Origin: an uncultured Collinsella sp. | GTDB lineage: Bacteria > Actinomycetota > Coriobacteriia > Coriobacteriales > Coriobacteriaceae | Length of the DNA: 64,000 bases | Assembly: GCA_958415665.1 (NCBI GenBank) | Contig: CATYZK010000004.1 | Coordinates: 20,142-84,141 of the forward strand | Reading direction: 5' to 3' | Translations under genes and position numbers: made by a program | Shown: positions 29,017-38,243 of the stretch, in pieces | Numbering within the stretch: the stretch's first letter is position 1 | How the letters are laid out: each line of letters opens with the position of its first letter | Notes under the pieces: model-generated | What the model saw: only the letters and a program-made list of their open reading frames with translations | Database searches by the model: none | Told to the model about the DNA's origin: nothing

Positions 29017-31767
29017 TTAGGCGGAGCGCATGGCCTCGAGCTTGGCCTGCGCGGCCGCAAGACGTGCGAGGGGTACGCGATAAGGTGAGCAGGACACGTA
29101 GTCCACGTCGGCAACGTTGAACAGGCCCTTGATGGACTTAGGGTCGCCGCCGTGCTCGCCGCACACGCCAAAGTGCATGTCGGGATTGGTGGCACGACCC
29201 TTCTCGACGGCCATGCGCACGAGCTCCAGCACCGCCGTGTCGATGGTCTCGAAGGGGTTATCCTTCAAAATCTTCTTATGCATGTACAGAGGGATGAACT
29301 TGGCCTCGGCGTCGTCACGGGAGAAGCCGAAGGTCGTCTGCGTGAGGTCGTTGGTGCCAAAGCAGAAGAAATCTGCGTGCTGGGCGATTTCGTCAGCGAC
29401 CATGCAGGCGCGCGGCAACTCGAGCATCGTGCCCACGGGAATGTTGAGCTCGACGCCCTCCTCGGCGGATACCTCGGCGATTACGTGCTCAATGACCTCG
29501 CGGGTCTGGACATGCTCGGCCGTGATGGAGACGAGCGGAACCATGATCTCGGGGCGCGGATCGACGCCTTCCTTGATAAGGTGGGCGGCAGCCGTGGCGA
29601 CGGCGCGGACCTGCATGAGTGGCAGATCGCGAAAGACGACGGACAGGCGCACGCCGCGCAAGCCCAGCATCGGGTTGGACTCGACCATGCCGTCGATACG
29701 ACGCAGGCGGGCACGCAGGGCGGCAAGCTCTTCCTCGCTGGCGCCAGCGGCTTCCTTCTTGGTGATGGCGACCTCGAACTCGCGAGGATCATCCAGGAAC
29801 TCATGCAGCGGCGGATCGAGCAGGCGAACGACCACATCGCGACCGGACATGGTCTTGAACATCGCCAGGAAGTCCTCGGTCTGAACCTTGAGCAGGTCGG
29901 CCAGGGCCTGCTGCTTCACGGCCTCATCGTCAGACAGGATAAAGCTCTGGATGATGTTCTTGCGATCGCCCAGGAACATGTGCTCGGTGCGGCACAGGCC
30001 TATGGCCTCGGCGCCAAACTCGAGTGCGAGCGCGGCGTCCTCGGGGTTGTCGGCATTAACGTGCACGTGGTTGGCGTGGCCGCCGGTCTCGTCCAGGCGA
30101 ATCTCGTCGGCCCAGGACAGGATGGTGTCCAGATCGCCGGTGAGCTCGGCGGAGACCAGGTCGACGGCGCCGTCGACGACGATACCCTGGGTGCCGTCGA
30201 TGGAGATGACATCGCCCTCGTGCAGCACGCGGTCACTGCCCTCGATACGCACGACCTTCTCGGCGGCGTCGATGTGGAAGCGCTCGACACCGCAGACGCA
30301 GGGCGTACCCATGCCGCGGGCGATAACGGCGGCATGGCTCGTCTTGCCGCCATGGCTGGTCAGGATGCCCTCGGCGGCGACCATGCCCTTCAGGTCGTCG
30401 GGGTTGGTCTCCCAGCGGACCAGAATGACCTTGTGGCCCTCGGCGGAACGCGCAACGGCATCGTCGCTCGAGAACACGACCTCGCCCACGGCGGCACCGG
30501 GGCTGGCGTTCAGACCGGTAGCGAGTGCCTCGTACTTTTTGGAGGCGTCGAACTGCGGGTGCAGGAGCTGGTCAAGCTGTGCGGGGTCGATGCGGCTCAC
30601 GGCCTCCTCGCGGGTGATCAGGCCCTCCTCGACCATCTCGATGGCGATACGCAGGGCGGCGGTGGCGGTACGCTTGCCCACGCGGGTCTGGAGCATCCAG
30701 AGCTTGCCCTGCTCGATGGTGAACTCGATATCGCACATGTCGCGGTAATGATCCTCGAGCGTCAGGAACACGCGCTCGAGCTCCTCGCCTGCGGACTCGA
30801 GGCCTGGGGTGGTCTTGAGGTCGGCGATGGGCTCGGTGTTGCGGATGCCGGCGACGACGTCCTCGCCCTGGGCGTTGACCAGAAAGTCGCCGTAGAACTC
30901 CTTAGTGCCATCGGCCGGGTTGCGCGTAAAGGCGACGCCGGTCGCGGAGGTTTCGCCCTTGTTGCCAAAGGCCATGGCCTGGACGTTGACGGCGGTGCCG
31001 AGCTCATCGGAAATGCCATGCTGCTTGCGGTAGATGCAGGCGCGCTCATTCATCCAGCTGCCAAAGACGGCTTGGATGGCAAGGCGCAACTGGAGCTCCG
31101 GGTTGTGCGGGAAGACAGGCTTGCCATCGACAACCTCGAGCTCGGGGTACAGGGCGGCCTCGACGTTCTCGGAGAAGATGCCCTTAAAGGTCTCAACGAG
31201 TTCCTGCAGGTCCTCGGCCGAAAGCTCGGAGTCGACGCGGACGCCGGCGACCAGGCGGGCCTGGGTCAGGGCGTTCTCGAACAGATCCGCATCGACGCCC
31301 ATGACGACGTTGGAGAACATCTGGATAAAGCGGCGATAGCTATCCCAGGCAAAGCGCGGGTTTTGCGTCTGGGCGATAAGGCCCTGGACGGAATCGTCAT
31401 TGAGGCCCAGGTTGAGGACCGTGTCCATCATGCCGGGCATGGAGAACGGAGCGCCCGAGCGAACCGACACGAGCAGTGGGTCGGAGGCGTCACCGAGCTT
31501 CTTGCCGCAGCGCGCCTCGAGGTCGGCCTCGGCGGCAACGATCTCGTCGAGTGCGCCCTCGGGCCACACGTTGCCGGCACCGGAGTACTCGACACAGGTC
31601 TGGCAGGTAATGGTAAAGCCACCAGGAACCGGCAGACCGATGCGGCTCATCTCGGCAAGGTTTGCGCCTTTGCCGCCAAGCACGAAGTTCATGGATTTGT
31701 CGCCCTCAGTGACACAGGTGCCCTGGGCGTCGGTTCCAAAACGGTAAACCCTCTTGCAATCGCTCAC
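29017..31767 (-). CDS. ppdK: pyruvate, phosphate dikinase
   Basis: 916 aa. Phosphohistidine motif GGKTSHAAVIARGMG. GTG start with a GGAAGGGGAAG RBS. Confidence 0.97.
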   Translation of the reverse strand: MSDCKRVYRFGTDAQGTCVTEGDKSMNFVLGGKGANLAEMSRIGLPVPGGFTITCQTCVEYSGAGNVWPEGALDEIVAAEADLEARCGKKLGDASDPLLVSVRSGAPFSMPGMMDTVLNLGLNDDSVQGLIAQTQNPRFAWDSYRRFIQMFSNVVMGVDADLFENALTQARLVAGVRVDSELSAEDLQELVETFKGIFSENVEAALYPELEVVDGKPVFPHNPELQLRLAIQAVFGSWMNERACIYRKQHGISDELGTAVNVQAMAFGNKGETSATGVAFTRNPADGTKEFYGDFLVNAQGEDVVAGIRNTEPIADLKTTPGLESAGEELERVFLTLEDHYRDMCDIEFTIEQGKLWMLQTRVGKRTATAALRIAIEMVEEGLITREEAVSRIDPAQLDQLLHPQFDASKKYEALATGLNASPGAAVGEVVFSSDDAVARSAEGHKVILVRWETNPDDLKGMVAAEGILTSHGGKTSHAAVIARGMGTPCVCGVERFHIDAAEKVVRIEGSDRVLHEGDVISIDGTQGIVVDGAVDLVSAELTGDLDTILSWADEIRLDETGGHANHVHVNADNPEDAALALEFGAEAIGLCRTEHMFLGDRKNIIQSFILSDDEAVKQQALADLLKVQTEDFLAMFKTMSGRDVVVRLLDPPLHEFLDDPREFEVAITKKEAAGASEEELAALRARLRRIDGMVESNPMLGLRGVRLSVVFRDLPLMQVRAVATAAAHLIKEGVDPRPEIMVPLVSITAEHVQTREVIEHVIAEVSAEEGVELNIPVGTMLELPRACMVADEIAQHADFFCFGTNDLTQTTFGFSRDDAEAKFIPLYMHKKILKDNPFETIDTAVLELVRMAVEKGRATNPDMHFGVCGEHGGDPKSIKGLFNVADVDYVSCSPYRVPLARLAAAQAKLEAMRSA

Positions 31768-31783
31768 GATACTTCCCCTTCCA

Positions 31784-31797
31784 TGCGCTTACGCGCA
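31784..31797 (-). promoter_or_regulatory. 14-nt palindrome UGCGC-GUAA-GCGCA immediately 5' of the ppdK SD
   Basis: Identical to 33003-33016. It lies 16 nt upstream of the ppdK GTG and abuts the SD. Confidence 0.5.
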
Positions 31798-31889
31798 CGA
31801 CCGTGGTAACGAATCGACCCGCCGGATGCGGGCCGTGAGGGAACTATACGGCGGGTTTTGGACAGGCTTGAGCAGAGGGTGCGCGGTTT

Positions 31890-31938
31890 GGTAAACGTGC
31901 TAAAACCGGCGGTAAACGGTAGGTAAAGGTGGTTACCT
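31890..31938. repeat. phased GGTAAA(C/G)G repeats plus AGGTAA-N6-TTACCT palindrome upstream of ppdK
   Basis: GGTAAACG at 31890 and 31911, GGTAAAGG at 31922 (spacings 21 and 11 bp). Inverted TTACCT at 31933-31938. Confidence 0.45.
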
Positions 31939-32025
31939 TATGAAGATACCACTACAAGGAAAATGCAGGTAGGATGCGATGTTTTTGCTAAATCGCTTTA
32001 CCAATTCAGGCAATTTAGCCACTCC

Positions 32026-32103
32026 GATGATTTTTCTGGGACGGGGATTAAAAAATCATTAGGTACTCAATGATTTTTAAATCCCCGTCCCAGAAAAATC
32101 ATC
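32026..32103. repeat. inverted pair of a 35-nt palindromic repeat unit (BIME-like)
   Basis: Arms 32026-32060 and 32069-32103 are reverse complements at 34 of 35 positions, separated by an 8-nt loop. Each arm is itself GATGATTTTT-N15-AAAAATCAT(T/C). A third copy lies at 57311-57345. Confidence 0.9.
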
Positions 32104-32113
32104 ACAGAAAGGA

Positions 32114-32989
32114 CTACTGCTGTTGAGCGCGGCGGGCGGCACGGCGGGCTCTTGCCTCTTGAATCTCTTCGAGATGAGCAATGATCTCGGCAGCGCTTTC
32201 CTCGATGGCTTTGCCGTCGGTACGCACCACAAAGCAGCCCAGGCGCTTCATGAGGACACGGGCCTCCTCGAGCTCGCTGCGTACGCTCTCGGGCTCAGCA
32301 TAGGAGCCGGCAACGGCACGGGCGTAATCATCCCCCAAGCGGCTATCGCGGATCTCAGAAATCACATCGACGGTCGAAATCAGGCCGAACAGGCGCATCG
32401 GGTCGACCTCGTAAATCGACTTGGGCGGCTCCATGCCATGCGCCAGTGGGACATTGGCGACCTTGTAGCCCTGATAGGCTAAATACATCGACAGCGGCGT
32501 CTTGGATGTACGCGACACACCCAGCAGCACGATATCGGCACCCGCCAGATCGTCGCAACCACGACCGTCATCGTGCTCAACGAAATACTCCATGGCCTCG
32601 ATACGATGGAAATAGCGGTCATCGGTCTTGTGAATCACGCCCGCAACGCCCTTGGGCGGCACACCGATGAGCGACGACAGCACGGCAAGCGTCGGGCCAA
32701 TCAGGTCGACCGAACGGATATGCAGCATACCCAGGTAATCGAGCACGCGGGCGCGAAGCGCCGGATCGACGATGGTGTGGAACACGGCAATATCGCGATG
32801 GTCCGCATCGACGCGCGGCCCCACAAATGACTTGACCTGCTCCACAGAGGTCACCTTAGGCAGGCGCAAAACGCGAAAAGCCCCTTCATCAAATTGCCCG
32901 GACGCCGCAAGCACCACCTCACAAGCGGTATCACCGAGCGAGTCGGAGATAACGATAACGGTGGGACGAGCGGTGACCGGGCAATCCAT
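32114..32989 (-). CDS. pyruvate, phosphate dikinase regulatory protein (kinase/pyrophosphorylase, DUF299)
   Basis: GVSRTSKTPLSMYLA P-loop typical of the PDRP/PSRP family. Adjacent to ppdK. Confidence 0.88.
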   Translation of the reverse strand: MDCPVTARPTVIVISDSLGDTACEVVLAASGQFDEGAFRVLRLPKVTSVEQVKSFVGPRVDADHRDIAVFHTIVDPALRARVLDYLGMLHIRSVDLIGPTLAVLSSLIGVPPKGVAGVIHKTDDRYFHRIEAMEYFVEHDDGRGCDDLAGADIVLLGVSRTSKTPLSMYLAYQGYKVANVPLAHGMEPPKSIYEVDPMRLFGLISTVDVISEIRDSRLGDDYARAVAGSYAEPESVRSELEEARVLMKRLGCFVVRTDGKAIEESAAEIIAHLEEIQEARARRAARRAQQQ

Positions 32990-33002
32990 GCGGGGCTCCT
33001 TT

Positions 33003-33016
33003 TGCGCTTACGCGCA
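33003..33016 (-). promoter_or_regulatory. 14-nt palindrome UGCGC-GUAA-GCGCA immediately 5' of the SD of the PPDK-regulator gene
   Basis: Identical to 31784-31797. It lies 13 nt upstream of ATG 32989, inside the 34-nt glyS-to-regulator gap. Confidence 0.5.
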
Positions 33017-33023
33017 GGCTAGC

Positions 33024-35120
33024 TTACTTTTTGCGGGCAAGCTCACCGATGTTGGCGATGCCGGAGAACACGGCCTCGAAGCGGTTGAGCAGCTTAAGGC
33101 GATTATCGCGAAGCTGCTCGTCCTTGTCCATGACCATGACCTCATCGAAGAAACGGTCGATGGGCGCGCGCAGGGCGGCGAGGGCGGCAAATGCAGCCGG
33201 GTAGTCCTCGGCAGCAAGGGCGGCATCGACAGCGGTCTGGGCAGCCTCAGAGGCGTCGGCGAGCGCGAGCTCGACCTCGCCCATCAGGCTGCGGTCGTAG
33301 TCCGCGCCCAGCTCGGGCTTGGAGATATGCGCGGCGCGGGCATAGGCGGTCGCCAGGTTATCGAACGTCTCAGCGTCGTTCTTGCGGGCCTCGTCGAGGG
33401 CGGCGCAGCGGGCGAAGAAGACGGACGGGGCGATGATGTGCACCGCGGAGACGGCGGCAACGGTATCGGCCGGGATCTTTTCGTCGCGGGCCATGCTCAC
33501 CAGGCGGCCATGGAAGAAGTCACGAACCTGCTGGGCGACCTCGGCGGCGTCGAACTCAATGCCCTGCTCACTGTAGAGCTGCAGAGCAAAGTCAATCAGC
33601 GACGTGGGGTCGATCGGCAGACGGTCGCGCAGGATGTTGATGATGCCGATAGCGGCACGACGCAGCGCGTAGGGGTCGGAGGAGCCGGTCGGGGGCTCGC
33701 CGATGGCAAAGATGCCGGCGATGGTATCGAGCTTGTCGGCGCAGGCCACGATGCAGCCAGCGGTGCCCTCGGGCAGCTCGTCACCGGCAAAGCGGGGACG
33801 ATAGTGATCGCGAATAGCATGAGCGACCTCGTCGTTCTCCCCCATCGCGGTGGCGTAGTAACCGCCCATCACGCCCTGTTGGCTCGTGAACTCGACGACG
33901 GCGTTGGACACCAGGTCTGCCTTGCACAGGTGCGCGGCACGAGCAGCGTCGGCAGCAAGATGGGCGCCCAGATGAGCCTCGCGGGCAATAGCGAGCGCGA
34001 GCTGCTCGATGCGCTCGGACTTGGCGAGCACGCTGCCGAGCTTCTCCTGGAAGGCGACCTTGGACAGACGCTCACGGAACTCGTCGAGGGAGATCTTCAG
34101 GTCCTCCTCGTAGAAGAACTTAGCGTCGTCCAGACGGGCGCGCACGACGCGCTCGTTACCGTCGATCACGCGCTCGGCGTTCTCGGGCTTGCTGTTGGAG
34201 ACGACCACGAACTCACGCGTCAGCTTGCCCTCGCCGTCATAGATCGGGAAGTAGCGCTGGTTGGTGAGCATGGACTCGCAGATGATCTCGTGCGGGACCT
34301 TGAGGAACTCCTCATCGAAGGTACCGACGAGCACCGTCGGCCACTCGCAGAGGTTGATGACCTCCTCGAAGACCTTCTTGGGCGTATCGACATGGCAGCC
34401 GGGACGGGCGGCCTCGACCTCGGCGATACCGGCGAGAATTGCCTCGCGACGGCGCTCGGCAGAAAGCACGCCGGCGTCCTCGAGCACCTGCTCGTAGGCG
34501 GCGGGGCTAGCGACAACGTGGTCACCGGGGCCAAGCACGCGATGGCCGCGCGTGGTGTTGCCGCTCGTCACGTCGGCAAACGACACGGGCACAACTTCCT
34601 CGCCCAAAAGGCAGCAGATCCAGCGGACCGGGCGCACGAAGGTGGCGTGCTCGTGGCCCCAGCGCTGACTACGGTAGTTGGGCCACTGCAGGCCGGCGAT
34701 GGTCTTCTCGCACAGGGCCGTCAGGATCGGAGTAGCCGGAGCGGAAGGAATGTTCTTCTCGGCAAAGACATACTCACGGCCGTCGGTGTCCTCGCGACGG
34801 ACCAGATCCTCGGCAGCCACACCGCACTTGCGGGCGAAGCCCTGGGCGGCCTTGGTGGCGTTACCGTCAACGTCGAAGGCGATGTTGGCCGCAGGGCCAC
34901 GCTTGACCTCGTGAACCTCATCGGTCGCGGTGGCGACGTCGGCAACGAGCGCAGCCAGGCGACGCGGGCTCGAGATCACGCGGACCTCGCCGTGGGCCAG
35001 ACCGGCCTCGTCGAGACCCTTGGCGATCATGGTGCCAAGCTGCTTGACGGCATTGTTCAGCGGTGCGGAGGGCATTTCCTCCGTACCGATCTCAAACAGG
35101 AAATCCTTAGCGTCTGCCAT
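33024..35120 (-). CDS. glyS: glycine--tRNA ligase beta subunit
   Basis: 698 aa. FEIGTEEMP N-terminus. Follows glyQ. Confidence 0.95.
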   Translation of the reverse strand: MADAKDFLFEIGTEEMPSAPLNNAVKQLGTMIAKGLDEAGLAHGEVRVISSPRRLAALVADVATATDEVHEVKRGPAANIAFDVDGNATKAAQGFARKCGVAAEDLVRREDTDGREYVFAEKNIPSAPATPILTALCEKTIAGLQWPNYRSQRWGHEHATFVRPVRWICCLLGEEVVPVSFADVTSGNTTRGHRVLGPGDHVVASPAAYEQVLEDAGVLSAERRREAILAGIAEVEAARPGCHVDTPKKVFEEVINLCEWPTVLVGTFDEEFLKVPHEIICESMLTNQRYFPIYDGEGKLTREFVVVSNSKPENAERVIDGNERVVRARLDDAKFFYEEDLKISLDEFRERLSKVAFQEKLGSVLAKSERIEQLALAIAREAHLGAHLAADAARAAHLCKADLVSNAVVEFTSQQGVMGGYYATAMGENDEVAHAIRDHYRPRFAGDELPEGTAGCIVACADKLDTIAGIFAIGEPPTGSSDPYALRRAAIGIINILRDRLPIDPTSLIDFALQLYSEQGIEFDAAEVAQQVRDFFHGRLVSMARDEKIPADTVAAVSAVHIIAPSVFFARCAALDEARKNDAETFDNLATAYARAAHISKPELGADYDRSLMGEVELALADASEAAQTAVDAALAAEDYPAAFAALAALRAPIDRFFDEVMVMDKDEQLRDNRLKLLNRFEAVFSGIANIGELARKK

Positions 35121-35123
35121 GGC

Positions 35124-36035
35124 TTACGCCACCTCGCCTTCCTGGTCGGCATTCTCGTTTACTCCGGCGACCTCGGCCATATAGGCCTCGCAGCACGCCT
35201 TGGCGACGGCGCGGACGCGCAGGATGTAGTTGGCACGCTCGACCGCGGACAGCGCGCCGCGGGCATCGAGCAGATTGAAAGCGTGGCTGCACTTCATGAC
35301 GCAGTCGTATGCGGGCAGCGGCAGCTTGCGCTCCAGGCAGGAATGGCACTCGGCCTCGTAGTCGTCAAACTTCTGACGCATCATCTCGACGTTGGCGACC
35401 TCAAAGTTATAGGCACTGAACTCGCGCTCGTTCTCGAGGAACACGTCGCCGTAGGTCATGGGCGTGCCATCGGGCAGGTAGCTCCACACCAGATCGTAGA
35501 CCGAGTTGACGCCCTGGGCGTACATGGCGATACGCTCCAGGCCATAGGTGATCTCGACGGGCACGGGGTCGACCTCGATGCCGCCCACCTGCTGGAAGTA
35601 CGTAAACTGCGTGACCTCCATGCCGTTGAGCCAGACCTCCCAGCCAAGGCCCCAGGCGCCGAGCGTCGGGCTCTCCCAGTCGTCCTCGACAAAGCGGACG
35701 TCATGGTCGTTGGGGTCCAGGCCAATGGCGGCCAGCGAACCCAGATAGAGCTCCTGGGCGTTGACCGGTGAGGGCTTGATGAGCACCTGGAACTGATAGT
35801 AGTGCTGCATGCGGTTGGGGTTCTCGCCGTAGCGGCCGTCGGCGGGACGGCGGCAAGGCTGCGCATAGCAGGTGCGCCACTCGGCGGGACCGAGCGAGCG
35901 CAGCGTGGTCGCGGTATGGAAGGTACCGGCACCGACCTCGGAGTCATAGGGCTGCATAATGACGCAGCCCTGCTCGCCCCAGTACTGCTGGAGGCGCAGG
36001 ATGATGTCTTGGAAGGAAAGCGATGAAGCGTTCAT
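35124..36035 (-). CDS. glyQ: glycine--tRNA ligase alpha subunit
   Basis: [12 protein letters not shown]...[17 protein letters not shown] signature. Confidence 0.97.
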   Translation of the reverse strand: MNASSLSFQDIILRLQQYWGEQGCVIMQPYDSEVGAGTFHTATTLRSLGPAEWRTCYAQPCRRPADGRYGENPNRMQHYYQFQVLIKPSPVNAQELYLGSLAAIGLDPNDHDVRFVEDDWESPTLGAWGLGWEVWLNGMEVTQFTYFQQVGGIEVDPVPVEITYGLERIAMYAQGVNSVYDLVWSYLPDGTPMTYGDVFLENEREFSAYNFEVANVEMMRQKFDDYEAECHSCLERKLPLPAYDCVMKCSHAFNLLDARGALSAVERANYILRVRAVAKACCEAYMAEVAGVNENADQEGEVA

Positions 36036-36094
36036 GCCTCTAATATCCCCTCGTCGAAACGATTACACGGTTAGGTACTGTACTATAGCGGTTT

Positions 36095-36664
36095 TTAGTC
36101 GATAGCGCCCAGACGGTTGAGCGGCCAGTAACGCACGAGCGCCACGGCGATCAAGTCAGAGCGATCAACGGGACCAAAATAGCGTGAGTCGGCAGAGTTC
36201 TCTCGATTGTCGCCCATCACCCACACACAGTCATCGGGGACGGTGTAGGGATAGCTCACCTGGGCGGCGGGCGCCTGGACCGAAAGCGGCCAGCTCATGC
36301 CGGTCGTATACTTCTCATCGAGCGCCTGGCCGTCGACGACGACCTTGCCGTCCTGAAGGTCGACCGTCTGGCCGGCCGTGGCGATGACGCGCTTTACCAG
36401 CACGTCATGCTCGGACGTGGCATCGGGGTTGTGAAACACCACGATATCGCCCTGTTTGACAGGCTGTCCGAGCTCCAGGCTCACTTTTTGCGCCAGGATC
36501 TGGTCGCCAATCTCAATCGTGTCCTCCATGGAGCCGGTGGGTACCACAAAGGGCTCGACCACAAAGGTGCGGATCAGGAAGGTGGCCACGAGCGCGATCG
36601 CGATGACCGCGACCCACTCAAAAGCGCCCCTCAACGCGGAATGCTGCGATGGAACCATTCTCAC
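36095..36664 (-). CDS. lepB: signal peptidase I
   Basis: N-terminal TM, catalytic GSMEDT serine box, and GDNRENSADSRYFGPV box E. Confidence 0.9.
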   Translation of the reverse strand: MRMVPSQHSALRGAFEWVAVIAIALVATFLIRTFVVEPFVVPTGSMEDTIEIGDQILAQKVSLELGQPVKQGDIVVFHNPDATSEHDVLVKRVIATAGQTVDLQDGKVVVDGQALDEKYTTGMSWPLSVQAPAAQVSYPYTVPDDCVWVMGDNRENSADSRYFGPVDRSDLIAVALVRYWPLNRLGAID

Positions 36665-37419
36665 TCCTCGCTCTGCGAATACGAAGCGTCCAGAATCTCC
36701 TGCGCGTATGCGCGCTCCTGGGGCGTAAGCCGTGCCGTCTCGATCAGGTCGGGACGCCAGCGGCAGGTGCGCTCGATGGCATTCTTACGGCGCCAGGCGT
36801 CAACCTTGGCATGGTCACCGCTCACGAGCACCGGCGGCACGCCCTCGCCGTTGAATTCAGCAGGGCGAGTGTACTGCGCATACTCGAGCAGGCCTCCGTC
36901 CTCGGCGGTCGAGAACGACTCGTCGACGTTGCTCATCTCGTCACCAAGGGCGCCGGGAATCAGGCGTACGACGGCATCGGCAACGACCATAGCGGGAAGC
37001 TCGCCGCCCGTGAGCACGTAATCGCCGATCGACAGGCGCTCGTCGGCATACGCATAGGCACGCTCGTCGACACCCTCGTAACGGCTGCACACAAACAGCA
37101 AGCGCTCGCTTTTGAGCAGGCGCTCGGCCACATGCTGTGTAAAGGGCTCGCCACAGGGGGTAAAAAACACCACGGTGGGCTTAGGACCCTCGGAGCTAAT
37201 AGCCTCGATGGCCTCGACAATAGGCTCGACCTTCATGAGCATGCCCTGCCCGCCGCCGTACGGCTCGTCATCGACGGTACGATGGCGGTCGTGCGTCCAG
37301 TCGCGCAGGTTATACGCCTTAAAATCAAAAAGGCCGGCCTTGCGGGCGCGGCCCAAAATCGATGTGGACATGACGGGCTCAAACATCTCGGGAAAGACCG
37401 AAAGGGTCTCAATCAGCAT
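36661..37419 (-). CDS. trmD: tRNA (guanine37-N1)-methyltransferase
   Basis: DDEPYGGGQGMLM and YVLTGGELPAMV SPOUT-knot motifs. Confidence 0.95.
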   Translation of the reverse strand: MLIETLSVFPEMFEPVMSTSILGRARKAGLFDFKAYNLRDWTHDRHRTVDDEPYGGGQGMLMKVEPIVEAIEAISSEGPKPTVVFFTPCGEPFTQHVAERLLKSERLLFVCSRYEGVDERAYAYADERLSIGDYVLTGGELPAMVVADAVVRLIPGALGDEMSNVDESFSTAEDGGLLEYAQYTRPAEFNGEGVPPVLVSGDHAKVDAWRRKNAIERTCRWRPDLIETARLTPQERAYAQEILDASYSQSEE

Positions 37420-37429
37420 GTTGTCCTCC

Positions 37430-37951
37430 CTACTTGTCCATATCGATCAGGCCGTCCATAACGTGGACGGAAATTGTTCCTGTGTCGGGAAGATCGAGCA
37501 CAACCTGCTCGATCACGGGAATCAGTACCTCGCCGTACCGATCACCCTCGACAACCCAAACATCGTTAGCGGGCGTCGACATGATCTCGACGATCGTGCC
37601 GAGTGAACCGAAGCGCTCGTCGACCACCTCGCGACCCATCAGGTCGGTATAGGCGGCGTCGAGTGAATCGAGCTCAAAATCGTCACGATTTGCCAACACA
37701 TAGCATCCTGTGATGCCCTCGGCGGCCGTCAAGTCGTCAATGCCCTCAAACGAGACCAGATCGCCATCGCCCGTATCGGTGACGGACACGACCGTGCAAA
37801 AGCGGTCGCGCTTGAGCGCCGGCGGCGTCAGGGCGACGCGCATACCCGGCTCTAATACAGAAGGAAGCCCCCGCAGCGGTTGCGCGAGGACCTCCCCCTT
37901 CCTTCCGTGCGGCTTGACCACACGGGCGATGTTTTTGTACTGGGACCTCAA
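37430..37951 (-). CDS. rimM: ribosome maturation factor RimM
   Basis: VVKPHGRKGEV N-terminus and a PRC barrel. Part of the rpsP-KH-rimM-trmD operon. Confidence 0.9.
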   Translation of the reverse strand: MRSQYKNIARVVKPHGRKGEVLAQPLRGLPSVLEPGMRVALTPPALKRDRFCTVVSVTDTGDGDLVSFEGIDDLTAAEGITGCYVLANRDDFELDSLDAAYTDLMGREVVDERFGSLGTIVEIMSTPANDVWVVEGDRYGEVLIPVIEQVVLDLPDTGTISVHVMDGLIDMDK

Positions 37952-37955
37952 GGTC

Positions 37956-38201
37956 CTAGCCCAGAACCTCTACCTCGACAGCAGTGTCGAGGCGAGCGGC
38001 CAGTGCACGGGCGAGCGTGCGAATGGCCTTGATGGTACGGCCACGACGGCCGATGACCTTAGCGACGTCATCCTCGGCGACAGAAACCTCGATCGTAGAG
38101 GCGTCGTCACCATCGATGACCTCAAGGCTCACGGAATCCGGGTCGTCGACGATCTGAACAACGAGATATTCGACGAGATCGGCGATGCGATCTGAGAGCA
38201 T
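37956..38201 (-). CDS. KH-domain RNA-binding protein (YlqC/UPF0109 family)
   Basis: VIGRRGRTIKAIRTL is a GxxG KH motif. ATG 38201 has GGTGAGG upstream. The alternative start is 38240. Confidence 0.75.
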   Translation of the reverse strand: MLSDRIADLVEYLVVQIVDDPDSVSLEVIDGDDASTIEVSVAEDDVAKVIGRRGRTIKAIRTLARALAARLDTAVEVEVLG

Positions 38202-38243
38202 TGCCTCACCCTCGAGCTGTGCAGCGTCAACCTCAGGCACGAT

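Noticed and set aside
29152-31809. 885-aa plus-strand ORF antisense to ppdK (similar cases: 32772-35771, 41259-43388, 58394-60121, 60887-62269, 62282-63484, 4138-5535, 20550-22052)
   Set aside because: All of these mirror a strongly recognisable gene on the other strand. They have no recognisable domains and show the same low-complexity composition. I treat them as non-coding.
36036-36094. T-box leader upstream of glyQS (and of proS at 13572)
   Set aside because: The upstream gaps are 59 nt and 0 nt, far too short for a T-box riboswitch. No specifier or T-box sequence is seen.
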